A stretch of DNA of 51,544 bases, from NCBI GenBank assembly GCA_002633005.1, contig NMRA01000020.1, positions 1,159,083 through 1,210,626 of the forward strand. The letters run 5' to 3'. This document shows, piece after piece, positions 12,287 to 23,600 of the stretch. This DNA is from Phoronis australis. Taxonomy: Eukaryota; Animalia; Phoronida. Both the position numbers and the translations under genes were made by a program. A model generated the notes under the pieces. It saw only the letters and a list, made by a program, of their open reading frames with translations, made no database searches and was not told the DNA's origin. Each line of letters starts with the position of its first letter. The stretch's first letter is position 1.

Positions 12287-14038
12287 AGCAAATTATAAAA
12301 GAAAACACAAGACAAAACTACTTTAGTAAGGCAGAACATACTTGACAGTTCATCTTCATGTTTATATGTAGAAACTAATAATCTTTGTACCCAAGTCTTA
12401 TTTAAGATTTAAATTAAACTATGTGAAACAGGCTAAAAGTGACTTAATAATATGTATTTTTCATGACACTTAAAATATGTATCTGACCTTAACAAGTAAA
12501 ATTCATTCTAGGTGTCAATTTTTATTCCAAATGCTATGACGTTTACTGAATAGCTTATTCATGTTAATTCGGTAACTAATCTGGTAGTCCTGGGGTGGGG
12601 TCCGCTATAAAATAGGGAAACTCACTCGTATAGAGAATTTTACTGGGCATAGCATAGCTAATTGAAGAGAAACTGCTGTGAAAAGTCACCCTTGACTTTT
12701 GAGCGTCAAGTACCATACACCTCTTATATTGGGCGCATTCCCACCCCTGGAGGACAATATGTGCTGCTAGCCTGCCCGGCATCCGAGTCCTGGGTGAGTT
12801 TCCGAAAAGAAACACTTAGTTCCATTCAATAAACCCGTTATTCAGTGGGGTAACAGGTGAGGATAACATCACCGAACGATGTCGATAGAAACTTGATTGC
12901 TAAAAACCTACCACTGAAGTAACGTTATGTAGTCTCCCAAAGGGGCTTCGGTATCCACACAATTTTTGTCTGTTGGTTGATCCTTTTGAACGCAATGCTC
13001 CACGAATGTTGTAACCTTGGGTCTTTTGGTAATTTTTGACCAGGTGCCGAAGACTTGCACCAGGGAAAATAGCAATAATAAGGCTTTGCGCGACGACGTA
13101 TTTTGATAACAATCCGTCTTTTTATCAGCTGTTTACATGCAGACAGCGACGCATACGCAATTCNAGCAAATTATAAAAGAAAACACAAGACAAAACTACT
13201 TTAGTAAGACAGAACATACTTGACGGTTCATCTTCATGTTTATATGTAGAAACTAATAATCTTTGTACCCAAGTCTTATTTAAGATTTAAATTAAACTAT
13301 GTGAAACAGGCTAAAAGTGACTTAATAATATGTATTTTTCATGACACTTAAAATAATTATCTGACCTTAACAAGTAAAATTCATTCTAGGTGTCAATTTT
13401 TATTCCAAATGCTATGACGTTTACTGAATAGCTTATTCATGTTAATTCGGTAACTAATCTGGTAGTCCTGGGGTGAGGTCCGCTATACAATAGGGAAACT
13501 CACTCGTATAGAGAATTTTACTGGGCATAGCATAGCTTTGAAGAGAAACTGCTGTGAAAAGTCACCCTTGACTTTTGAGCGTCAAGTACCATACACCTCT
13601 TATATTGGGCGCATTCCCACCCCTGGAGGACAATATGTGCTGCTAGCCTACCCGGCATCCGAGTCCTGGGTGAGTTTCCGAAAAGAACACTTAGTTCCAT
13701 TCAATAAACCCGTTATTCAGTGGGGTAACAGGTGAGAATAACATCACCGAACGATGTCGATAGAAACTTGATTGCTAAAAACTTACCACTGAAGTAACGT
13801 TATGTAGTCTCCCAAAGGGGCTTCGGTATCCACACAATTTTTGTCTGTTGGTTGATCCTTTTGAACGCAGTGCTCCACGAATGTTGTAACCTTGGGTCTT
13901 TTGGTAATTTTTGACCAGGTGCCGAAGACTTGCACCAGGGAAAATAGCAATAATAAGGCTTTGCGCGACGACGTATTTTGATAACAATCCGTCTTTTTAT
14001 CAGCTGTTTACATGCAGACAGCGACGCATACGCAATTC
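12287..14038 (+). repeat. Near-identical ~875-bp tandem duplication joined by one N (probable assembly/haplotype artefact)
   Basis: 12287-13163 and 13165-14038 differ only by scattered SNPs and 1-2 bp indels. The N at 13164 is exactly at the junction. Confidence 0.9.
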
Positions 14039-14104
14039 AACCACTAGTACAGCAGCGACACCGCGAGGAGAATTCTCCGAATAGCCCCATTACCGTCACG
14101 AGGG

Positions 14105-14224
14105 ATTGCAAAGTCCAGTCACATGAGCAGATTCACGGTCTGAAGTGTCGATCGGATGGCCGGTAAATCTGACTTGAGCGTCTACTGAAGCTCGGGCTAT
14201 AAGGGTTTGCGGCGCGATATTGAA
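14105..14224 (+). promoter_or_regulatory. Putative promoter / non-coding exon 1 of SLC46 copy 1
   Basis: CpG-rich start of the duplicated block. Donor GAA|GTAAGT at 14225 is conserved in copy 2 (36870). The next exon has an acceptor just before the ATG. The TSS is not determinable. Confidence 0.55.
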
Positions 14225-15505
14225 GTAAGTATACTGTGTCGTAACAAACACCTAAGCTACCGAATAGTTAGGTCGTATAAACGCTTTGCCAGTTCACGAG
14301 AGACGCGGGCGCGGGCAGTGCTGTCTACCGTTGTCAAAGCCGTATAGTGTCTCGATCCTATCCGATATCGAATTACAAAACAATTGAGTACTTTATCAGC
14401 GACAAAAAGGTTTTGATTGAGGCCACTTATCATTCTCCGATGGATCATGGATCAAATTACCGAGGTGATTTTCAGTGCGTAAGTCGTGCAAATCAGTCAT
14501 ATCTAAAAAGTTCATGTAGTCTTTATCAGTGCCGCGAGTTAGTGAGACACGGAGGAATGCCTGCATTTATGCATAATGCTTGCCTAGCCCAGAGATGACT
14601 TGTAAACAGAAGAAAGAACAACATAACACCTATATTGTAACAAGACGTGGACTGACATCAAAACCTGTTGTTAACAGTTGATGTGTTGATGATAACTAAA
14701 TCTCCCATTTGGCCGTCCATCGGAAAGGAACATGACCTATATGCCGTGATGGTAAGCCTGTGCGACATCTTTTGGCTGTTGTCGGGAATGAATCAATCTA
14801 CTGTGCGTGAACTTGTAATACTGCTTAATCTCAAGAATATTTACTTGGGCAATCAGGTGAAATTGTTTGTTCAATGTAAAAATTTTTGTAGTTATTGGCC
14901 TCATGATCACCCCTTTTCATCTTTACAATATCTGATGACAAAGAATCGGAGGAATATGTGGGTGGTTAAATCAATTGTTGTTTGGTGATTGAGATCGCCA
15001 ATAGTTGAAAAAAGATTGGTTAAAATTTGTGTCCGATGAGTTTTTTAAAATGTAATTTGATTTAATGCAATGCTAATTTTATCAACGTGAACATGATTAT
15101 CTGTGTGAACTTGTCAAGTTTCCCAGTGTATTCCAAGTTCACGCATACGTGATCTTGAGATTAAGCAAGATTCCATTGAAGTTTTTTCGATGGGAAATCT
15201 TCCGAAGATTCGGCCCCAGTTCATATGTGTGACTAGTTAAATCCACATCTACTGCTCAAGGAGAAATGTTCGATTCACTAAAATCCCGTTCAACCCAGGT
15301 AATGAGAACTTTGTCACTGTTACAAGAAACGGTGTCATTATCGCAAAATGAGCTCAAACCCACCCGCAGCTATTATTAATTGGTTTGTCTTCGCTAAGAC
15401 AAAGTTCATAGATTTCAGAATTGAATTCGTAATCACATATCATTGTAATCTTAACGTCATTTTTTAAATTTACGTTTTTGTGTATAATATTATTGCAAGG
15501 CGAAG

Positions 15506-15577
15506 GGGCGATAATTCTACAAAATTCACGGGCCCTAGATAACGGGGGATAACGACTTCACCATGTAATAATCTATA
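15506..15577 (+). repeat. Single arm of the palindromic element at 29276-29439
   Basis: GGGCGATAATTCTACAAAATTCACGGGCCCTAGATAACGGGGGATAACGACTTCACCATGTAATAATCTATA matches the right arm at ~29367-29440. Confidence 0.85.
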
Positions 15578-15900
15578 TATAGACTTCTTTGTATTTTTAA
15601 CCCAGATATAATGCATCTTGGCGCTTTCTGGGTTATGTACATTCATTGTATTTTGAAGATTTCGTAACAGACATTAATAAAAAAGTATTGAATTGTGTTC
15701 TTGAATTTTGTCGGAAAATAGTTACCAGCTGAAGTTCATTGAAAACGATACCAAACCTGGCCCCTTTCGGGCTGTGACTGAATTACTACTTTAGCGGCTG
15801 GCCGTGATCCAGCACGCTAACAAATAATATCGTCTCTGCCACTCTCTTCAACTCTCAAATTTTGGATTAAAATTTGAAAATTCTTGCAAAGGCTGCGTTT

Positions 15901-16449
15901 AACGGTCGCAGGTTCCCTACGTGCATAGCCAGCACGCAGGTATCACTCAGAGGCACGCGCTTTAGCATTGGTTGATGTAACCTCAGCAGTCATTGGTTAG
16001 CTTTACAACACCGTGAGTCTTGTCATGCAAGTGGCGTCGCAGCTACTATTTCGTTTCTGTAGTGATGCCTAATAGCCGCGTGCTTGAAGCACATACATCA
16101 TGTACAATAAACACATATCTGGCCGATTTAACCGGTGTGTTTCATACTGTATGAATGCGGGACAGTATCGTAAACAAAAGTCATCGACAGTAGAAAGATG
16201 CACTCCGAAAAGGCGCAATCACAATTTCTGTGATTCACATTTCCTGAACATCCGATTTGTCGGTACAACAGACCACATTTACACTTCAGTCCATCAGTCT
16301 TGCCAGTTTGTTTGCGTAAAGCGCTGCCTGTTGAGAATTCGACTAGCCAATCAGAAACGTCGGTGTAAAAAATTTCCCGAGGAATATTAAGTGATACCTT
16401 CGTGTTAGCTACTGACCACCTAGCGCCACGCAGAGAACTAACGAGCGTT
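15901..16449. mobile_element. MITE-like insertion in intron 1, copy 1 only
   Basis: Imperfect TIRs AACGGTCGCAGGTTCCCTACGTG and (revcomp) AACGCTCGTTAGTTCTCTGCGTG. The region is absent at the paralogous position (~38175). Confidence 0.55.
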
Positions 16450-17033
16450 TAAAGGACACGCGTTCACCTTACTAGTAGGCGAGTTTCACCACATCTGTAA
16501 GAAAAGACCACCCGCCAAGAACCATAATATCTATCCTGCGACGCATTGAGTTTGTGTTTTTAGTTGAATCTTTCTTTTATCACTCCATGGAGACGCCATT
16601 GGTGCATTTGTAGGATTGATTGCAGTCATGAAAACACGGTTTATTATCCCTTTAGATCGTTAAATGCTTGTCACGTCAATAGTCTGATATAACGTGCACG
16701 TATTTTAAGAACCAGTTAATGCCCGTTATTCGGTGGAGAAAACTGATTCTCAGTTGTCACTATATACTTACAGTTGCATCATCAGATTAAAGTCGGATTG
16801 TGCACTGACGGATGCACCAAAGCGGACGCATAGCCAATACGTCAGCTGATTACTTTCTGAAATTGTCTTGGCCGACGACTCATTTGTTATGATATTGAAA
16901 GGAATTCACTTTCTACCAGCCCAATGCTGACTACGTACATGTTTTGAGATAAACAATACTGCACAACCATTGCAAGACTGTATTAATTACATTTGATTAA
17001 TTTTGATCAACAGTGCCCACTGTTCTGACGAAG

Positions 17034-18150
17034 ATGGCGGCGAAAGATGATGACGAAGCTCAACCGTTGTTGTCCGCGGTCGTACAGAAGCCCAAGCGAT
17101 CTATAGTTTTGGAACCTGTTGTCTTCATGTACGCATTGGGATTGTATGGTCTGGTACCAGTCGGTGGACAGTATGTTTTCGTTCAGATAGGCAAAAAATA
17201 CAATTATACACAGGCGGGAATTGGTAACGCCGACAATGGAAGTTTATGTAGCGTGAATAAGTCAGATCCAACCTACGTGCTGCAGCAACAAATTGAAAGC
17301 GAGGCTGCTACATTTTCGCTGTACTCGTCAATGCTGTGCTCCTTGCCGGCCATTATTTCCGCTACATACATTGGCGGGTATACGGACAAACGCGGTAGAC
17401 GACTTGGAATTATATTGCCTGTGTTTGGTGCCTTCGTCCATGCTTTTGTCTATATTCCAGTTATTTATTTCGAAATGAGTATTTATTTTCTCTTGATTGG
17501 GTCTTTTGCCAATGGTCTGAGCGGTTATTTCACTGTATTCCTTTCGTGTGTTTTTGCTTATTTGGCCGACTGTTCAACCCACGAAACGAGAGCACGGAGA
17601 ATTGTACTAGCTGAATTGTTTCTTGTTGTTGGTGCTTTTACCACCAATTTCGGCCTCGGCTACATGATAACCGGTGTCGGTTTTCTGTGGTCAGCCATAT
17701 TGCTGTCAGGGATTCTCGCACTATCATTCACGTATGCGTTGTTCTTTGTCCCTGAAACGATTGTCCAGCAACCAAATTCACCCGTTGATATCATCAGTGT
17801 ACTACGACACGGCCTCAAGGTGTTCCAAGACGACAAGTCTACTCGCCGCCCTGTCAAACTTCTGCTGTTGTTGCTAGCACTTTGCTTCTTTTTTCTTGTG
17901 CTTGTTTCAAGCTCGGCCATTGTGGGTTATTTTTTGATAGACTCGCCTTTGTGCTTTTCGTCTTCTGAAATTGGTATTTATTCTGGAGCTACTAGTTTAG
18001 TTGTAGCCATTGGAGTTGGTTCTGGCCTCTTTTTCTTCTTGAAAAAGATGAAGTTAAAGCACTTGACAGTTGTTCAGATAGCCTGCGTGTCATTTGTGGC
18101 ACACTACATCATACTTGGCTTGTCAAAGACCCGATTTCTTGCTTATCTAG
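17034..18150 (+). CDS. SLC46: SLC46 copy 1, coding exon 1 (TM1-TM9)
   Basis: Acceptor CAG at 17011-17013, AAGATGG start at 17034, donor GTAAGT at 18151. The ORF-track extensions at both ends are UTR and intron. Confidence 0.93.
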
Positions 18151-20649
18151 GTAAGTGCGATTATTTTTCTTTGTTAGAAAGAGTGACGTGGTGGCATGAC
18201 GGCGACATCCCGTTGCCCTCAACTTGTTCGATTCTATAGCCCAACAACAAGTTGGGCAGTTTGCCCCCGTAGCCAATATCTTACACGACTGATTAACTCC
18301 ATTCTGGCATTTATGGTCGGTGGCCTGCGCTCTTTTGCTTGATAATTGCTCTAATCTCCGATCAGATCGTATCTAGCCTGACTGAGCTATGCTGATAAAA
18401 AGGAAAGTTAAGTTATAACATATTTGAACTTAAACCAATAGCATTTCTGAATTCCTCGTCAACTGCTGATCATGTTCTGTTTTTGAATCATCAAAATCGT
18501 CCAACTACTACAAAAGTTAAGACAATCTGTTTTGTCCAAACGGATTACCAACGCCGCACCTGGCTTGACTGTTTTCATACGCGTTCGGTAATAGCGTGCA
18601 ACCACCATACGTTTCCTTTGAATCCCGGGAGATAATTGGCCGGCTTGTTATCATACGGGACAAAAGACTGAGCTTGGCAATTAACAAAAGGGCCAGATGG
18701 CTTTGTCTGTTTGACGCTAACTGGCTTAAGTCGGAATGTGTGCAGCGCCAAGTCAAAAGACAGAAATATTTATCCTGCCCGGGTGCAGGCTAAAACCCAA
18801 AACCAAAAAAGTCTAATTTTGGCGATTTGTTGTCAGAAATCTGACTTTTAGCTAAAATCAAAAAAGTAGCCATTAGTCTCTTGCCGAAACAAGGCCTTGG
18901 TTTCGGTATGAAGTTTGTATATTTTTGTGAGTACTGAACTTCGAAACGAAGTCTCAGAATGTAGATATTTGTCTTTCAATATGGGTAATTTGAAGCTTTG
19001 GGCACCTGGTGTAGACATTTAATGTTGAGTTAACGTAAAAGCGATGTTTGATTTGTACTCCACACTTCATGGTGTCATATGAACATATGCGATTCCATAG
19101 GGGTGGTTAGTTAAACCCGGTTTCAATTGGATCTAGACCAGGTGGTTTAACGTCTTGTAAAAACTGGTAAATTCCAGCTTAAATCTGGTATAATCAGGTT
19201 TTCATTTCTCCACTGCTGTTTATATTCGTTCGACCTATATTAAAATCTCAAACCAGGTACATGTTTTCAGTCGTACAACTGAAAGATGCCGCGGTGTGCA
19301 TCACCGACGCAATTTTAGAGCCATAAAAATGAACTACTGTGCATTTTCACGACGGCAAACGTTTTAACTTCCCAGGATTCCACTGATTGAACTGAGCGTT
19401 AGCGTCAGTCGCAAGCAAGTTACGGACTAGGCCAATCAAGCGCAACACCGCCCATATCTTCTGACTGCGTTAACCCGAGATCTTTTGCCTTCTTGGCCGC
19501 CGGCATAAAATAAATGGTAAAAATGACATGGAAAACATTTTGGTATTTGTTATGTTCCAGCTTTTAGTGTGTACTTCTGTGTGTTAACAGTCAAGGCTGC
19601 TTTCCATTCATTTGCTAACTGATGAAAGCGTTCAGCAGCTAAAAATCAATGAAGCAAAACTCAGTGTCACGAATTACGCACACTAGGGGGAATTACAAAC
19701 ATCATCACCACCACAAAAACGACAATATCATCATAAAAAACTGTCAGAATATAGTCTGACAATATTTTTAGTTGTACTAATTTGTTTCGTTATTCTGTTT
19801 GATTGGCATGACCCCTGAGTTAAGTACAATGATGATGTAATTTGTTTACTACAGAATAGTATGGAACTTTCTAGTAGACTGAGTTCAGTAGTGATGATGT
19901 AATTTGTTTACTGCAGTATAGTGTGGAACTTTCTAGAAGACTCTAGCATGACAGTGATTAATGCAGTCTGGAATATTCTAGACTAGTATGTGTTTGTAGA
20001 ATGGTTTGGTAGATTCAGGAAAGTTCTAGAATGTGCTTGAATTGATGAAAAGTTCCAGAACAATGCATTAGGCTATAAATACACAAGCACAGTTTTGTGT
20101 TAGTGAGATCAAGTCGAAAGATCAAGTCCGGAGATCAAGTCAGGAGATCAAGTCAATTCAAGAGAAGATCAAGTCAGTTCAAGTAGCTCAATCAGGAGAA
20201 CTACAGTTGAGTTGCAGTGAAGAGAATCAGCAGTTACAGCGATAGTCAATAGAGAGCCAGCTATAGAGACAGCAAGTTATTGGACCAACGAGTGTAACAG
20301 TCGCTAAAAGTATTTCAGAAGTTCAACACAAGTCAAGGCTTCGCAGCACTGGCTGGAGCATAAACAGACACTACGTCGGACGTTTTGTTTGAGTAGGCTT
20401 GTGAACGTACGGTCGGGATTAATAAAGGATTAACTCGAACCAGTCTTCAGTCAATCTTCGCACCGAAAGCTATTAGCACCGGTCTGTAACAACCTGCGCC
20501 CACCCACACACGGGGAAAAACATCAACAATAATGAACTTTGACTCCTGCAATTTACATCGTTGCATATGAGCATTCCCCATCCCTTCCTAAAACTTCCGC
20601 CTCTTGCCACCAGTTTCTGAGTGGTGTGTGTTTGTGTGTGTGTATGTGT

Positions 20650-20690
<41 letters not shown>

Positions 20691-23600
20691 TGTGTGGGTG
20701 TGTGTAAACTGTCGCTTATCGACACCAATCATCTTGCGTCGTGTCAGTTGCATCGTGTTCGAGACGCACATTACTCGGCATTAAAGAGTTCTCAACATGC
20801 ATTGTCTTAGTTTTTGAGGTTTCAGTTAGCTGATATGAAACGAATACCATAAAATCTAACTAAGTAAACACCTTTTATGCCAAACAGTCGCGAATTTTTT
20901 TAATTTTGAAGAAAATTTTGTTATTTCTAAGTTTCCCGCCAAAGATGCAATGGGTGGAAAGACGTTTGGCAACTTGACAATCAATTGCAATGTCGGACCA
21001 CAGCAGCTCAGAATACGAGGACGATTTTGAGCGAGAAGTGCAGACAGAGAGGAGAGTGGATACGGGCATCACACTCAAGTACTTGAAGAATCAGACAATG
21101 AATTCGATTTCTCATTTAGCGAAATTTCATCGGCTTCGAGGCCGTATGAACTCGACCCACTTGCACGAGAAATGCTGCAGACATAGGTGAGCCACAGCTG
21201 AACTGAACCGAGCGGTGGTTAATATTCACAAAATAGACACTTAGCTATCACTGGGTTACTCGTATTCACTGTTCCAAAGATGGAATGAGCACAATCTAAA
21301 CACAATGCACAAGCCTACTTGTAGTACATGTAGCACTTTATCTGCGCCGGGGTCGAGGGTCTGGCATCACTCGCCCTAAGAATGGAAGCAGTTTGTTCGT
21401 TATTTATAAAATTTGCAAATGCACTTACAAGGTGGCGATTCCTTCATTGTAACGACGCTTTTGTGTATGGTCGAAACACGATTCTTTGAAATGTGCCGAA
21501 CAAAGTGTGGCTTCCGAGTGAATCTCATGTTCCACACTAACATTTCACATTCTCGCGCGGCGCACAAACTGATGCCATTTCTGTACAACTTTCACGTATT
21601 TAGGAAATTCGAACATAGAGACGTTCTCATTCAAGTTGTTGTTACCACAGCCTCCATAAACGCACCTTTTCATGTCTGAAAAAAGGCGGCTCTCCGCGGA
21701 CTTTCCTCACAACTCCTCAGTATCGCACGGGTAAAAACAACAACGGCGGAGACGGTCTTCCACCCCTTGTGTATTAACCCGACCGCAGAAACATATATTT
21801 TACTAATTTTTGTCTTGTTACTTAGCAACAGGTGTACTAAAGGCTATTAACTCTCTTAAGATGTATTAATGAAATTCCTATTGAGACACAAGGTCATGGT
21901 GGGAACTCTTTAAAGGGGTTAGAAATTAAACAGTGATACAATAAAGGCACTCTGAAACCAGGACTGTCCGCGGACTGAGGAGACTCGGAATCGGCTTCAC
22001 TCGCCGAAAACGCCAGTGTGGAAGGGTCGAGTTCGTATGGTCTCGAACAAGCAGCCTGCCGAATGGCGAGGTCCAACTCATTACCTCCGATCTTCACCCC
22101 CATCTCCATACCTGTCTTCACAATATGTATGTTTTCTATGGAACTGTACCACTGTACTGCCCAGATCTCCACACCAATTAATTAGTATTAATGTCACCAC
22201 TATTAAAAATGGTAAGAGCAGTCGCAGCATCTACACCACATATATGTCAAATTAAACAAAGCTGTCAACTATCCTTTTGCCTTCGTGGCTAATTCATCAG
22301 CATTTTTAGCATACACAAGGCGTGATGAAAAATGCTGCCAAATTAGTCCAAGATGGAACTATATTTTATTTTTCGATAATTTATCATAATCATTTCTCAA
22401 ACCGGTTTATTCTACAACTGCCACAATGCGATACCACGCCATTTTTAAGTTAGGCCTACACGAACAACGTTTTAGGTACCTTCTTGGTTTGATTGTCAAA
22501 ATTAATCAGAAAAGCCCTTCTCACTGATAAGAACTAGTGTCTAAATGCTTCAGTGTTCTTGTTGCTATATATTTTTCCATCTTTCTTACATTATTGTGTC
22601 ACTTATTATTATATACTTGGTGTGTACTATCGGCCGGTGGCCTTTTATTTGAAAAGAATAGACCTGTCTCTTGTACACATTAAATTGACATGAAAATATG
22701 AACTTACTGTACTTTCAAGTTTTGCTATATAATTTTCCTTTTTTCATACACCATTGTATCTCTGAATATACTTGGTGTGTACTATGGGCCGGTGGCCTTT
22801 TATTTGAAAGAATAGACATAAAAATATGAACTTACTGTACTCTCAAGTTTTGCTGAACGTCATTTGTTCAGCAGGTGTCCGTAACATTTTTGCATTACAT
22901 TTTGTTTTGCAGCTGTTGGTGTCGGCTTATTTGAGTTCATGAGTGTTCCAGTCCTGAGGTCCGCTATGTCAAAGATGGTGCATCCTACAGAACAAGGTGG
23001 GTTTAGTATTTCGGTGCATTCTTCTATTCTCCAAAAACAACACGAACCAATTCACCGTGTTACCAGAATCGGTATCAGCATCAAAATTCAATTGAACGTG
23101 GTACTTTCACCAACATTTAATATTTTCATGTACAAGAAATCAATTATTCTCATTGTATGGTTTGTTACATTATATCCTTCCGCGGTCGGAGGAAGCATGA
23201 TTTGTCTTGCTGTACTAAAGTGAATGTACGTACGAAAATATGTGTGTTCAATTGCAAATACAATGAATAGCGATTTTTGTTTATTACAACAGCTTCAAGT
23301 TTGAATTGTTTGGTTTGTTGTTCAATAAAAGAGTCCCTTAATCCGGCCCTGCGTAATGCAGCTAAAGGGTAAAATTATAATATCTTTGCCGTCATTACTA
23401 GTCAACCACGGTATGCCGTACCGTGAAAACAGTGCGGAAGAATACACTCTTTCACAATGCTACGAAGGGTAGGTGGCGCTGTGCCAGAGGCTATGCAGAA
23501 GAATACATAACGCTTTTCAAACATCCGTTTAAAGATAAGCGTGGCTTGTGAACATGCTTGCTAGCATGCAGTGAAAAACGAACACCATGTACCTTCTTAG

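Noticed and set aside
17013-18239. 408-aa and 388-aa ORFs as complete single-exon genes
   Set aside because: They lack TM10-12 and run through a conserved GTAAGT donor. Downstream exons complete the protein.
20539-20810. VC/TH-repeat ORFs, and the YI-repeat ORF at 34454
   Set aside because: They are translations of microsatellites.
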